Below, one piece after another: positions 17,828 through 30,625 of a stretch of 64,000 nucleotides of DNA (the stretch's first letter is position 1; every line of letters begins with the position of its first letter). The position numbers and the translations under genes are program-made. Under the pieces are notes generated by a model. The model was not told the origin of the DNA and did not search any database. It worked only from the letters and a program-made list of their open reading frames with translations. Source of the DNA: Anaeromyxobacteraceae bacterium (GTDB taxonomy: Bacteria > Myxococcota > Myxococcia > Myxococcales > Anaeromyxobacteraceae); NCBI GenBank assembly GCA_032654565.1, contig JAULAX010000015.1, positions 1,088,001 through 1,152,000 of the forward strand. Direction: 5' to 3'.

Positions 17828-19474
17828 TTACGGCAACCCCGGCCAGCCGCCGCCCTCGCGCCTGGGGGCCACGATCCGGACCGCCGCCAGCGCCCGGGTC
17901 AGCGCGATGTGCATGCGCACCGCGAACTGGTGCAGCGCCGGATCGACGTCGGCGATGATGATCACCGGCCGCTCCAGCCCCTTCCAGCGCAGGAAGGAGT
18001 CGGCCACCAGCCGCTCCTCCATGCCGTCGGCGTCGGCCGCCACGAACTCGTGGCGCCCCAGCCTGGCGGCGCGGTGCACGGCGTCCGGCCGCGACTGGCC
18101 GTGCAGCGAGACCACGCCGATGTCGCCGAGCTTGATCCCCTCGCTCCAGAGCCGCTCCACCTCGACGCCGACCCGGTCGGCCGCCTGGGCCGGGCCAGGG
18201 CAGTCCACCAGCACCAGCTCGCGGGAGGCCACCGCCCTGGCGATGACCGGCTCGTCCCCGTCACCGCCGCCCGCGCCTCCGCCAGCTCCCGCGCCGCCGG
18301 CGTAGCGCGCCGCCAGCGCCTCGATGCCGCTCGGCGAGCGCTGCCCGCGCTTGAGCAGGAAGGGCGGCCCGAAGAGATCGGCCGGCACCACCCGGTCGGT
18401 CCAGTAGCACTGCCCGGGATCCTGGAAGGCCCAGAGCCGCCGCCCGCGCGCCAGCCCCTCCACCAGCGCCCAGGCCTCGAAGGGGAAGTCCTGGGCCTCG
18501 TCGACGATCACCGCGTCCCAGCTGGGCGCGGCCAGGTCGCTGGCCCGCTCGAACCAGCCCTTCCAGTCGGCCTCCAGCGGCGGCTCGGCCGAGCGCCGCG
18601 GCCCGTCGGCCTGCTCGGCCAGGGTGCGGGCCAGGCCGCTCACCGTCTCCACCTGGATGCCGGTGCCGTCGAGCCGGGCGCGCAGCCACTTGGCCAGCGG
18701 CTGCGTCGAGCAGAGCAGCAGCACCCGCTGCCCGGCGTCGGCCTGCCGGCGCGCCGCCTCCACCGCCAGCAGCGTCTTGCCGGTGCCGGCCCCGCCCTGG
18801 ATCAGCGCCCGCTCCTGCCCGGCCAGCAGGTCGAGGGCGTCCAGCTGCCGCTCGTCGAGCGCCAGGGTCCGCTGCTTGGCCAGCTCCACCCGGGTGCCGA
18901 GCGCCAGCGGCTTCGACCAGGTCTCGCCCCAGAGCTGGTGGAGCCGCTTCATCCACTCGCCGCGCCCCGGCCGCGGCGGCGGCAGCGCCTTCTCCACCAC
19001 CGCCGGGAGCCACTGGTCGAGCCAGGCCAGGTGGTTGCGCCCCAGCACCACGCCGCGCAGGTCGTCCTGGCTGGGCTGCTCGTCGACGTCGCGGTCGGGG
19101 AAGGCCACCGCCGCGCCCCAGGCCGGCGCCTGGCAGCCCCACTGGTCGAGCCGCCGGTTGAGCCGGCCCAGGAACTTGAGCGCCTGGTCGAGCGGCGAGT
19201 GCTTGAGCGGCGCGTCGTTGGAGAACCAGCGGCCGTCGCGCTGCTCCACCTGGCCGCCCTTCACCTCCAGCACCAGCAGGCCCCGCTCGGGGTGGGCCAG
19301 CACGAAGTCGGTCTCCCCCAGCAGGTTCTTGTCGTCGCGGATGCGCAGCGAGTGCCAGGCGGTCCAGCCGGCCGGGAGCCCGGCCTTGAGCCGCGACCAG
19401 ACCAGCTTCTCCGCCTCCGAGGAGGTGGGGCGGGGGGCGTCGGAGGGGTGGAGCGTTCCGGTGGGGCGCGGCAC
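17828..19474 (-). CDS. NERD nuclease domain + superfamily 1 helicase-like protein
   Basis: ETDFVL...LVLEVKGG (NERD); GGAGTGKT, VDEAQD, RWKGLERP, ALTRA. Confidence 0.85.
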   Translation of the reverse strand: MPRPTGTLHPSDAPRPTSSEAEKLVWSRLKAGLPAGWTAWHSLRIRDDKNLLGETDFVLAHPERGLLVLEVKGGQVEQRDGRWFSNDAPLKHSPLDQALKFLGRLNRRLDQWGCQAPAWGAAVAFPDRDVDEQPSQDDLRGVVLGRNHLAWLDQWLPAVVEKALPPPRPGRGEWMKRLHQLWGETWSKPLALGTRVELAKQRTLALDERQLDALDLLAGQERALIQGGAGTGKTLLAVEAARRQADAGQRVLLLCSTQPLAKWLRARLDGTGIQVETVSGLARTLAEQADGPRRSAEPPLEADWKGWFERASDLAAPSWDAVIVDEAQDFPFEAWALVEGLARGRRLWAFQDPGQCYWTDRVVPADLFGPPFLLKRGQRSPSGIEALAARYAGGAGAGGGAGGGDGDEPVIARAVASRELVLVDCPGPAQAADRVGVEVERLWSEGIKLGDIGVVSLHGQSRPDAVHRAARLGRHEFVAADADGMEERLVADSFLRWKGLERPVIIIADVDPALHQFAVRMHIALTRALAAVRIVAPRREGGGWPGLP

Positions 19475-19548
19475 CACGCCACTGTAGCCCGCCGACCGGC
19501 CGTCCGGGCGCCGTTGCGACCGCGCGCCACTCGCGATAAGCAGCACCC

Positions 19549-20019
19549 ATGACCACCTCACTCATCCGCGGTCTCGTCATCGGGTCGTTGCTGCTCTTCG
19601 CGCTGCCCCACCGGGCCGAGGGCAAGGCGCACGCCTGCACGCTGCTCAAGGCGGCCGATCTGGTCCCCCTCTTCGGCAAGCCGGTGGAGGGCAAGCCCAA
19701 CGGCGGCGCCTGCGCCTGGAAGCCGGCCGGTGCCAAGGTCCAGCTGGTGGCCGGCGCCACCAAGCAGAGCTCCAAGAACCCCGAGGCGGCCTTCGCCGGG
19801 GCCCGCCAGGCCATGGGCAAGGACCCCGACGTCAAGGTGACCGACGAGACCGGCATCGGCGAGAAGGCCTTCACCGCCCAGACCCCGGTCGGCGTCTCGC
19901 TGATCGCGCTCAAGGGCGGCCGGGTGCTCAACCTGATCTACTCGAAGGGGACGCCGGGCACGGCCGAGGAGGTCGCGGCGATGCGGCTGGTGGGCGCAAA
20001 GGCGCTGGCGGCCTTCTGA
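19549..20019 (+). CDS. secreted hypothetical protein
   Basis: signal peptide, ACTLL...C, GIGEKAF; GC3-rich codon usage. Confidence 0.7.
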   Translation: MTTSLIRGLVIGSLLLFALPHRAEGKAHACTLLKAADLVPLFGKPVEGKPNGGACAWKPAGAKVQLVAGATKQSSKNPEAAFAGARQAMGKDPDVKVTDETGIGEKAFTAQTPVGVSLIALKGGRVLNLIYSKGTPGTAEEVAAMRLVGAKALAAF

Positions 20020-22148
20020 GCGCGCCGGCCGTCCGGTCCCTGGCGCGGTTCGTCGCGCTCTGGCTCCCTGTCGCGGCGGCGGCGATCGGTCCGGCCGCGC
20101 CGACCGCCACGCCGACCGCCACGCCGACCGCCACGCCGACCGCCCCGGCGGCGTCGGGCCCGTCCGCACCGGCCCCGAAGCGGCTGGTGACGCTGGACGA
20201 CCTGGCCCGGGTCCGCGAGCTGGGCGATCCGCGCCTCTCGCCGGACGGCGCCTGGGTGGCCTACACCGTCGCCACCCAGGACCTCCCGCACGACGTCAGC
20301 CAGTCGGACCTGTGGATGACCAGCTGGGACGGCGCCACCACCGTCCAGCTGACCAGCACCGCCAAGGACTCGGAGACCAGCCCGCGCTGGAGCCCGGACG
20401 GCAGGTACCTGGCCTTCCTCTCCAGCCGCGGCGACGAGAACGAGGTCGACCAGCTCTGGCTGCTGCCGCGCGCCGGGGGGGAGGCGCAGCGGCTCACCGA
20501 GCTCAAGGCCGGCGTGGCCGACTACGCCTGGTCGCCGGACGGGGCGCGGCTGGTGCTGGTGGTGAAGGACGAGGCGGCGCAGGGCGCCGCGGCCACCGCC
20601 GAGGGGGGCAAGGAGAAGACCCCGCCGCCCATCGTCCTCGACCGGTACGACTTCAAGCAGGACGTCACCGGCTACCTGGCGCGCCGGCGCCACCACCTGG
20701 CGCTCCTCGACCTGGCCTCCCGCGCCAGCCAGCCGCTCACCCGCGGCGACCAGGACGACCTGAGCCCGACCTGGTCCCCGGACGGGCGCGCCATCGCCTT
20801 CCTGCGCAAGCCGGGGCCGGGCGGCGATCGCTCCAACAGCTGGGAGGTGCACGTGGTCGAGGCCCGCCCCGGCGCCGAGCCGCGGCAGCTCACCCGCTTC
20901 GAGGGGAACGAGAACAACCCCGGCGGCGAGGGCGGGACCAACCCGATCGCCTGGAGCCCGGACGGCCGCCAGCTCGCCTTCCTGCAGGGCGGGCCGCCGC
21001 GGCTGGTCTACTACTCGCCCACCCGGGTGGCCACGGTCCCGGCGGCGGGCGGGCCGGTGCGCCTGCTCACCGCCGAGCTCGACCGCTGGGTGTCGGCGCC
21101 GGCCTGGGCGCCGGACGGCGCCTCGGTCTACGCCCTGGTCGAGGAGAGCCGGGCCCAGCGGCTGGTGCGGATCCCGGCCGCGGGCGGCCGCCCCGAGCCG
21201 GTGCTGGAGGGGCGCCGGTCGATCGCGGCCTTCGACGTCGGCCCGGCCGGCAGGATCGTGGCGCTGGCCGCCACGACCTCGACCTTCCCCGAGGTCTTCG
21301 CGGTGGAGGGCGGGGCGACCCGGCCGCTGTCGCGCCAGAACGACGCCCTGCTCTCCGAGCTCCGGCTCGGCGCCATGGAGGAGACCAGCTTCAAGAGCCG
21401 GGACGGCACCGTCATCCACGGCTTCATGGTGAAGCCGCCCGACTTCCGCGCCGGGCAGCGCTACCCGACCGTGCTGCGGCTGCACGGCGGCCCGGTCGGG
21501 CAGTACTCCTGCCGCCTCGACCTGGCCGGCGACGCCGGCGGGCAGCTGCTGGCGGCGGCCGGCTACGTGGTGCTGCTGCCCAACCCGCGCGGCAGCCTGG
21601 GGCGGGGCGGGGCCTTCGCCGCCGCCATCCGCGCCGACTGGGGGCAGAAGGACGTCGAGGACGTGCTGGCCGCGGTGGACGACGCCGTGGCCCGCGGCGT
21701 GGCCGATCCCGCCCGGCTCGGCGTCGGCGGCTGGAGCTACGGGGCCATCCTCACCAACTACGTGATCGCCCGGGACACCCGCTTCAAGGCCGCCACCAGC
21801 GGCGCCGGCATGAGCAACATGCTGGCCGGCTACGGCACCGACATGTACATCCGCGAGTGGGAGGCCGAGGTGGGGACGCCGTGGAGCGCCACCGCCACCT
21901 ACCTCAAGCTCTCCGCCCCGTTCCTGCACGCCGACCGGATCGTCACGCCCACCCTCTTCCTGGGCGGCGAGAGGGACTTCAACGTCCCCCTCCTGGGCAG
22001 CGAGCAGATGTACCAGGCGCTGCGCAGCCTGGGGCGGGACACCCGGCTGGTGATCTACCCCGGCCAGTTCCACGGCCTCGACAAGCCGAGCTACCTCCTC
22101 GACCGGGAGCGGCGCTACCGGGAGTGGTACGACCAGTACCTGAAGTGA
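20016..22148 (+). CDS. S9 prolyl oligopeptidase/acylaminoacyl peptidase with beta-propeller
   Basis: WSPDG repeats, HGGP, GGWSYG, DFNVP, H in GQFHGL; in-frame signal peptide upstream of GTG 20187 suggests an earlier start (CTG 20016). Confidence 0.9.
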   Translation: MSAPAVRSLARFVALWLPVAAAAIGPAAPTATPTATPTATPTAPAASGPSAPAPKRLVTLDDLARVRELGDPRLSPDGAWVAYTVATQDLPHDVSQSDLWMTSWDGATTVQLTSTAKDSETSPRWSPDGRYLAFLSSRGDENEVDQLWLLPRAGGEAQRLTELKAGVADYAWSPDGARLVLVVKDEAAQGAAATAEGGKEKTPPPIVLDRYDFKQDVTGYLARRRHHLALLDLASRASQPLTRGDQDDLSPTWSPDGRAIAFLRKPGPGGDRSNSWEVHVVEARPGAEPRQLTRFEGNENNPGGEGGTNPIAWSPDGRQLAFLQGGPPRLVYYSPTRVATVPAAGGPVRLLTAELDRWVSAPAWAPDGASVYALVEESRAQRLVRIPAAGGRPEPVLEGRRSIAAFDVGPAGRIVALAATTSTFPEVFAVEGGATRPLSRQNDALLSELRLGAMEETSFKSRDGTVIHGFMVKPPDFRAGQRYPTVLRLHGGPVGQYSCRLDLAGDAGGQLLAAAGYVVLLPNPRGSLGRGGAFAAAIRADWGQKDVEDVLAAVDDAVARGVADPARLGVGGWSYGAILTNYVIARDTRFKAATSGAGMSNMLAGYGTDMYIREWEAEVGTPWSATATYLKLSAPFLHADRIVTPTLFLGGERDFNVPLLGSEQMYQALRSLGRDTRLVIYPGQFHGLDKPSYLLDRERRYREWYDQYLK
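20101..20144 (+). repeat. 12-bp tandem repeat encoding a (PTAT)n linker
   Basis: CGACCGCCACGC x about 3.5. Confidence 0.8.
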
Positions 22149-22161
22149 AGGAGCCCCGCCG

Positions 22162-24105
<1,944 letters not shown>

Positions 24106-24237
24106 GACGTGTCCCCCCTGAGGCTGCCGCACGGCGAGAGTACGGGGAGAGCCGCCCGGCCCGCAAATGAAGGACGATCTCTCCGGTGGGCCCGAAAGGG
24201 GCGCCAGCGAGGGGCGTCCAGAGACTAGACTCGCGGC

Positions 24238-25014
24238 GTGCCGCCCCCGCCGCCGGTCACGCCGGCCGACCTGCTCGACCACCCGCTCATCGCCGAGCGC
24301 TACTTCTTCCCCCGCGGGGGAGCGCCGCGCTCCCGGCTCGACGTCGACGTCGGCGATGCGGTGCTGGCCTGCGGGCTCCACCGCGCCGACCCCGGCGGCC
24401 ACACCGTGGTCCACTTCCACGGCAACGGCGAGGTGGTGGCCGACTGGCAGGACGGGCTCGACGAGGCGCTGGCGGGGATGGGCTGGGACCTGCTGCTGGC
24501 CGAGTACCGCGGCTACGGCGGCTCCACCGGCGAGCCCCTGCTGGGGCGGATGCTCGACGACGTGGCGGCGGTGCTGCGCGCCGCCGGGCCGCCGGAGAAG
24601 CTGGTGGTCTTCGGCCGGTCGGTCGGCTCGCTCTTCGCGCTGGAGGCGGTGGCCCGCCTCCCGGGCGTGGCCGGGCTGATCCTGGAGAGCGCCATCGCCG
24701 ACCCGCTGGAGCGGCTGCTGCTGCGGGTGGACCCGCGCGAGCTGGGCGTGAGCGCCGCCGAGTTCGAGGCGGCGGTGGCGGCGCGGCTCGACCACCGGGC
24801 CAAGCTGGGTGGCTACCGGGGGCCGGTGCTGCTGCTCCACACCCGCCACGACGGGCTGGTGGACGTGAGCCACGCCGAGCGGCTGGCGGCGTGGGCGGCG
24901 GGGCCGGTCACGCTCCGCGTCTTCGAGGAGGGCGACCACAACTCGATCCTCGCCGAGAACGCGCCGGCCTACCTGGGGGAGGTCGAGCGCTTCCTGGCCA
25001 GGGTGCGGGGCTGA
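24238..25014 (+). CDS. alpha/beta hydrolase
   Basis: FHGNGE, EYRGYG, GRSVG, GDHN. Confidence 0.88.
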   Translation: MPPPPPVTPADLLDHPLIAERYFFPRGGAPRSRLDVDVGDAVLACGLHRADPGGHTVVHFHGNGEVVADWQDGLDEALAGMGWDLLLAEYRGYGGSTGEPLLGRMLDDVAAVLRAAGPPEKLVVFGRSVGSLFALEAVARLPGVAGLILESAIADPLERLLLRVDPRELGVSAAEFEAAVAARLDHRAKLGGYRGPVLLLHTRHDGLVDVSHAERLAAWAAGPVTLRVFEEGDHNSILAENAPAYLGEVERFLARVRG

Positions 25015-25023
25015 GCGGCTGGA

Positions 25024-27294
25024 CTAGACCATCGCGGCCGGGGCCGGCCGCTCCAGGACCCGGGTCACCAGCGCCGCCCGGTCGAGGGCCAGCAGCCCCT
25101 TGAGCTGGTCGGCGTCCACGTCGGCGACGATGATCTCGCCGACCTCGACGTTGACCAGCCGGTAGAGCCCCTGCTTCTTCATGGCCTCGGCCTGGCGCTG
25201 GTTGTCGTCGGTGGGGGAGACGTAGTGCACCGAGTAGATCTTGTAGCGGTGCATGAGGAAGAGCTGCAGCAGGGTGAGCAGCCGCTTCTGGCGGAGCGCC
25301 AGGTCGAAGTTGTTCTGGTCGCGGACCGAGAGGATGTTGCGCCCCTTGCGGTCCTGGATCACCGCGAAGATGACGTTGGCCTTGACCTGCCCGGCCGGGT
25401 CGAGCAGCGAGAGCTCGAGCAGGTCGGAGCCGGCGGTGCGCGGCTTGAGCGAGACCTTGAGCTTCCCGGCCACGCCGTGCCGGGCCCGCCACAGGTCGAT
25501 CCAGTCCTCGAGCAGCCGCGGCGGCACCTCGGTCTGCACCAGGTGCTGGTGCTGGGTGGAGCCCTGGCCCATGGCCTTGGTGGTGGAGGTGCGGCCGGAG
25601 ATGGCCATCAGGCCGGCGTCGGCGCGCGGGCCGCCCACCAGCGTCTGCGGGGTGCGGTAGCCGGACTCGATGAGGCGGAACTTCCGCTGCAGCCTGGCCA
25701 GCGCCAGCATGCCGTCCTCGCGCAGCGAGGCGGCGAACTCCTCGGAGGCCAGGCCGTCGATCTGGTGGCCGCCGTAGGTGATGAAGTTGAAGACGAAGCC
25801 CATCTTCCCCAGCTCCACCGGGAAGGCCCGCATCTGCTCGTCGTTCATGCCGGTGGTGTCCCAGTTGAACGAGGGGGAGAGGTTGTAGGCCAGCATCTTG
25901 CCCGGCCAGGCCAGGTGGATGGCGTCGGCGAACCGCTTGGCGTCGTGCAGGTCGGCGGTCTTGGTCTCCATCCAGAGCAGGTCGGCGAAGGGGGCGGCCG
26001 CCAGCGACTTGGCGATGGCGTAGTCGATGCCGCCGCGCACCTGGTAGTAGCCGTCCGGGGTCTTGGCGTGCTCGCAGTCCCAGGTGATGTCGACGCCGAT
26101 GGCGTGGGCCCTGGCGCGGGCCTGGAAGAACGGGGCCCGGGCGGCGAAGGCCAGCCACTGCTCGCGGGTCATGGGCGGCGGGTCGCCCTCCTGGTGGCGG
26201 AAGGCGATGACGTCGCCGACCGCCTCGGCGTAGGTGGTGACGCCGGCCTCCTGCTGCCAGGCGTCGACGAACCGGTCGAAGACCTTGTCGAGCGCGGCGT
26301 CGACGCCGAGGGCGCCGGCCCGGTGCTCGGCGGCGGCGGCGGTGATGGCGGCGAGGAAGCCGGCCTTCCCCAGCCAGGCGTCGGCGGCGGCGTACTCGTC
26401 GTCGCCGAGCGCGTAGAACCGGTGGCCGGAGAGCTCCTCGACGCCGGCCCGCTGGAACTGGCGGAGGATGGCGAGGAAGGCGGCCTTGAAGCTGGGCAGC
26501 GAGAGGTTGACGGCGCCGAGGATGAAGGGCTGGTCGCGGTCGTCGCCGCGGCCGTCGAGCAGGGTGGCCGACTCGGCGTCGGTGCGGGCCACGATGATCC
26601 CGGGCACGCCCATGATGTCGAGCTGGAAGCGGGCCGCCGAGAGCCGCTTGACCTGCTCGTCCTCGGAGACCAGCACCTTGCCCCCCTGGTGGCCGCACTT
26701 CTTCACGCCCGGCTTCTGGTCCTCGATGTGGTAGCCGGGCACGCCCACCTCCACGAAGCGGCGGATCAGGTTGCGGACGTGGGCGTCGCCGCCGTGGCCG
26801 GTGTCGGCGTCGGCGATGATGAAGGGGCGGTAGTCGATCTCCGGCGTGGACCGGCGCTGCTCCTCGCTCATGCGGCAGCGGGCGAAGAACTGGTTCTTGT
26901 CGGCGGTGAGCAGGGCCCGGACGATGGGGGCCGCCTCGTCGGGCACCTGGCTGAGCGGGTAGCTGGCCAGGTCCGGGCCGGGGTCCTCGTGGGCCGAGCC
27001 CTTGGCGGAGGTGGCCCAGCCGCCCAGGTAGATGCCCTCGATCCCCATCCGCTTCATGGCCACCGCCTGGCCGGGCGAGTAAGGGCCGAAGGTGGTGATC
27101 GACCTGCCCTGCTCGCGCAGCTGGCGGAGCCGGTCGAAGAAGGCCTCGGCGGCCCCCCGGGCCACGGTGTAGTCGGGGCGGATGGTGCCGCGCTGCTCCA
27201 CCACCTCGCGCGCCGAGTGGACCCGGGTGAGGCCCTCGAACCGCGGGCTCGTGAACCACTGGCGGACCTGCTCGACTTCCTGTTCGAAGTCCAT
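25024..27294 (-). CDS. aceA: long-form isocitrate lyase (ICL2-like, 756 aa)
   Basis: KKCGH catalytic motif, [19 protein letters not shown]; extra C-terminal domain; ATG 27294. Confidence 0.92.
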   Translation of the reverse strand: MDFEQEVEQVRQWFTSPRFEGLTRVHSAREVVEQRGTIRPDYTVARGAAEAFFDRLRQLREQGRSITTFGPYSPGQAVAMKRMGIEGIYLGGWATSAKGSAHEDPGPDLASYPLSQVPDEAAPIVRALLTADKNQFFARCRMSEEQRRSTPEIDYRPFIIADADTGHGGDAHVRNLIRRFVEVGVPGYHIEDQKPGVKKCGHQGGKVLVSEDEQVKRLSAARFQLDIMGVPGIIVARTDAESATLLDGRGDDRDQPFILGAVNLSLPSFKAAFLAILRQFQRAGVEELSGHRFYALGDDEYAAADAWLGKAGFLAAITAAAAEHRAGALGVDAALDKVFDRFVDAWQQEAGVTTYAEAVGDVIAFRHQEGDPPPMTREQWLAFAARAPFFQARARAHAIGVDITWDCEHAKTPDGYYQVRGGIDYAIAKSLAAAPFADLLWMETKTADLHDAKRFADAIHLAWPGKMLAYNLSPSFNWDTTGMNDEQMRAFPVELGKMGFVFNFITYGGHQIDGLASEEFAASLREDGMLALARLQRKFRLIESGYRTPQTLVGGPRADAGLMAISGRTSTTKAMGQGSTQHQHLVQTEVPPRLLEDWIDLWRARHGVAGKLKVSLKPRTAGSDLLELSLLDPAGQVKANVIFAVIQDRKGRNILSVRDQNNFDLALRQKRLLTLLQLFLMHRYKIYSVHYVSPTDDNQRQAEAMKKQGLYRLVNVEVGEIIVADVDADQLKGLLALDRAALVTRVLERPAPAAMV

Positions 27295-27430
27295 GGAGGA
27301 TCTCCCGGTTGAACGATCGTTCCTAATCGGGGGGCCGGGCGCTGTCCTTCCAATCTTGGACGGCGACCCCCGGCCGGGGGCTCCCGCCCACCCCCGGCCG
27401 CCCTGTCCGTCCCGCCAGTACCTTCGGCGC

Positions 27431-28495
27431 ATGGACGCTCCGCTCCCCTACGGCCTGTCATCCCGCGCCTCCTTCCGCGGCTGCCTGCTCGGCGGCGCCA
27501 TCGGCGACGCCCTCGGCGCACCGGTCGAGTTCGACCACCTCGCCGTCATCCGGCGGCGCCACGGCCCGGCCGGGGTGACCGGCTACCCGGGGCCGGACGG
27601 CCGGGGGGCCATCACCGACGACACCCAGCTGACGCTCTTCACCGCCGAGGGGCTGATCCGGGCCGACAACCGGCTGCGGGGGAGGGGGATCGCCTCGGTG
27701 GAGGCGGTGGTGCACGGCGCCTACCGGCGCTGGCTCCGGACCCAGGGGCGCGGCGGGGACGAGCCCGACCCGTACGACGGCTGGCTGGTGGGGCTGCCGG
27801 GGCTGAACGTCCGGCGCGCCCCCGGGGCCACCTGCCTGGCGGCGCTGGAGTCCGGGACGCGGGGGACGCGCGAGGCGCCGATCAACAACTCGAAGGGCTG
27901 CGGCGCGGTGATGCGGATGGCGCCGGTGGGGCTGGTGGCCGAGGAGCCGTTCGAGCTGGGCGGTGAGCTGGGGGCGCTCACCCACGGCCACCCGACCGGC
28001 TGGCTGGCGGCGGCCTGCTTCGCCGAGCTGGTCGGCAGGCTGGTGCGCGGCGAGTCGATCCAGGAGGCGGCCCACTTCGCCCAGGATTCGCTGCGCCGGG
28101 TGCCCGGCCACGAGGAGACGCTGCGGGCGGTGCAGCGGGCCGTCGCCCTGGCCGCGGAGGGATCGCCCTCGGCGGAGCGGGTGGAGTCGCTCGGCCGCGG
28201 CTGGGTGGCCGAGGAGGCGCTGGCCATCGGCCTCTACGCGGCGCTGGTGGCCCGGGACTTCGCCCACGGGGTGCTGCTGGCGGTCAACCACTCGGGCGAC
28301 AGCGACAGCACCGGGAGCATCGCCGGCAACCTGCTCGGCCTGGAGCACGGCGAGGGGGCGCTGCCGGCGGCCTGGGTGGCCGGGCTGGAGCTGGCCGAGG
28401 TGATCGGCACCGTCGGCGACGACCTCTGGGAGGTGCGCTTCGGGCGGCGCGAGGTGGAGGAGGGCTGGGCGGTGGACCGCTACCCGGGGGTGTAG
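27431..28495 (+). CDS. ADP-ribosylglycohydrolase family protein
   Basis: [32 protein letters not shown]. Confidence 0.92.
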   Translation: MDAPLPYGLSSRASFRGCLLGGAIGDALGAPVEFDHLAVIRRRHGPAGVTGYPGPDGRGAITDDTQLTLFTAEGLIRADNRLRGRGIASVEAVVHGAYRRWLRTQGRGGDEPDPYDGWLVGLPGLNVRRAPGATCLAALESGTRGTREAPINNSKGCGAVMRMAPVGLVAEEPFELGGELGALTHGHPTGWLAAACFAELVGRLVRGESIQEAAHFAQDSLRRVPGHEETLRAVQRAVALAAEGSPSAERVESLGRGWVAEEALAIGLYAALVARDFAHGVLLAVNHSGDSDSTGSIAGNLLGLEHGEGALPAAWVAGLELAEVIGTVGDDLWEVRFGRREVEEGWAVDRYPGV

Positions 28496-28526
28496 GGGTT
28501 CGACAGGGCGGGGGAAGCGGGCCTGT

Positions 28527-29567
28527 TCAGGCCGCGGGCACGGCCGGCTCCCCGGCGGCGCGGCGCAGCAGCCGGACCAGGGCCTCGACCCAGGCATCGC
28601 TGGCGTTGAGCGAGGGGACCAGGGCGACCCGCTCGCCGCCGGCCGCGGCGAACTGGTGCTGGGCGCGGAGGCCGATCTCCTCCAGCGTCTCGAGGCAGTC
28701 GGCCACGAAGGCGGGGCAGAAGACCACCAGCCGCTTCTTCCCCTCGCGCGCCAGCTCCTCGAGCCGCAGGTCGGTGTAGGGCTTGATCCAGGGGGTGCGC
28801 CCCAGGCGCGACTGGAAGCAGACGCTCCAGCGTCCGGGCTGGAGCTCGAGCCGGGCCGCCAGGGCCCGCGCCGTGGCGAAGCACTGGGCCCGGTAGCAGT
28901 CGCGGTTGGCCGTCCCCACCGCGTCGCAGCAGCCGGCGGACTGGAGGCAGTGGCGCCCCGAGTGGTCGGCCGCCTTGACGTGGCGCTCCGGAAGGCCGTG
29001 GAAGCTGAAGAGGACGTGGTCCGGCTGCTCGCGCGCCAGCACCGGCGCGCCCACCGCGGCGAAGGCGGCGATGAACCCGGGGTCGTCGTAGAAGGGAGGC
29101 AGCACCGAGACCGGCGGCACCACGTGCGAGCGGGCCAGGGCCGCGAAGACGGCCTCCAGCGAGGAGCCGGTCGCCGCCGAGGAGTACTGCGGGTAGAGGG
29201 GCGCCACCACCAGCCGGCTCGCGCCGCCCGACTGGAGGCGGGCCAGCGCCTCGGCGATGCTCGGGCGCCCGTAGCGCATCGCCAGCTCGACGAGGTGGCC
29301 GGGCCCGAGCGCCTCGCGGACCTTGCCCTCCAGCGCGCGCGAGAAGGTGAGCAGCGGCGAGCCCTCGTCAGTCCAGACCTTGGCGTAGGCGGCGGCGCTG
29401 GTCCTGGGCCGCGTCGGCAGGATCACCAGCTCGAGCAGGAGCTTCCGGGCCACCGGGTGGATGTCGATGACCCGCGGGTCGGAGAGGAACTCGCGCAGGT
29501 AGCGGCGCACCGCGGGCGGCGTGGGGGCCTCGGGGGTGCCGAGGTTGAGCAGCAGGATGCCGAGCAT
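28527..29567 (-). CDS. hemH: ferrochelatase
   Basis: LLNLGTP, PLYPQYS, FSFHGLP, FQSRLG, FVADCLETLEE. Confidence 0.95.
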   Translation of the reverse strand: MLGILLLNLGTPEAPTPPAVRRYLREFLSDPRVIDIHPVARKLLLELVILPTRPRTSAAAYAKVWTDEGSPLLTFSRALEGKVREALGPGHLVELAMRYGRPSIAEALARLQSGGASRLVVAPLYPQYSSAATGSSLEAVFAALARSHVVPPVSVLPPFYDDPGFIAAFAAVGAPVLAREQPDHVLFSFHGLPERHVKAADHSGRHCLQSAGCCDAVGTANRDCYRAQCFATARALAARLELQPGRWSVCFQSRLGRTPWIKPYTDLRLEELAREGKKRLVVFCPAFVADCLETLEEIGLRAQHQFAAAGGERVALVPSLNASDAWVEALVRLLRRAAGEPAVPAA

Positions 29568-29716
29568 GGGGCCAACCACTAACGGGCCGACGGGCGGGCT
29601 GCAAGCGCACGCTGACCCCAGGGAGACCCGTCCAGGGGCCACATTGGGGATGGCGGGGTGGCGCGCCTCGAGTCATCAGCACCCGGTGCCGTGGCTTCGG
29701 CCCGAGGAGCGCCCAG

Positions 29717-30547
29717 ATGACGAACGCCGCCAGGAGCATCGGTCACGCCGCCGCGTTCACCGGCTCCGTCGCCGATCTCTACGACAGCCTGATGGTCCCC
29801 ATGATCTTCGAGCCCTACGCCGGCGACCTGGCCGGCCGTGTCGCCGCGCACCGGCCCACCCGTGTGCTCGAGATCGCCGCCGGCACTGGCGTGGTCACCC
29901 GCGCGCTGGCGCGGGCCTTGCCGGCGAACGTCGAGCTGGTGGCGACCGATCTCAACCAGCCGATGCTGGACCGGGCCGCCGCGGTGGGCACGGCGCGGCC
30001 GGTGCAGTGGAGGCAGGCCGACGCCATGCAGCTCCCGTTCCCCGACCGGAGCTTCGACGCGGTCGCCTGCCAGTTCGGGGTGATGTTCTTCCCCGACAAG
30101 GTCCGCGCCTTCTCCGAGGTCCGGCGCGTGCTCCGGCCCGGCGGCGCCCTGGTGTTCAACACCTGGGACCGGCTCGAGGTGAACGAGTTCGCCCACGCGG
30201 TCACCGAGGCGCTCGCACTCCACTTCCCTTCGGACCCTCCCCGGTTCATGGCGCGCACCCCGCACGGCTACTTCGACCCGGACGCCATCTCCACCCACCT
30301 GGCGGGCGCGGGCTTCAAGGCGAGCCCGGTGGTCGAGACCAGGGCCGAGCGCAGCCGCGCGCCGGAGGCGGGCGTGGCGGCCATCGCCTACTGCCAGGGG
30401 ACGCCGATGAGGGGCGAGATCGAGGCTCGCTCGAGCGACGGCCTGGAGGCTGCGACCGAGGCGTGCCGCGCGGCCATCGCCGCCCGCTTCGGCGCCGGGC
30501 CGATCGAGGGACGGATCCAGGCGCACGTGGTCACCGTCCCGGCGTGA
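29717..30547 (+). CDS. class I SAM-dependent methyltransferase
   Basis: VLEIAAGTG, ADAMQLPF, CQFGVMFF. Confidence 0.9.
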   Translation: MTNAARSIGHAAAFTGSVADLYDSLMVPMIFEPYAGDLAGRVAAHRPTRVLEIAAGTGVVTRALARALPANVELVATDLNQPMLDRAAAVGTARPVQWRQADAMQLPFPDRSFDAVACQFGVMFFPDKVRAFSEVRRVLRPGGALVFNTWDRLEVNEFAHAVTEALALHFPSDPPRFMARTPHGYFDPDAISTHLAGAGFKASPVVETRAERSRAPEAGVAAIAYCQGTPMRGEIEARSSDGLEAATEACRAAIAARFGAGPIEGRIQAHVVTVPA

Positions 30548-30625
30548 GGAAGGGCCCCCCGGCAGGCGAAGCACGCCGTGTACCCCACGGGGCGGCCGCG
30601 GTCGGGACACGCTAGGCTCCCCGTC

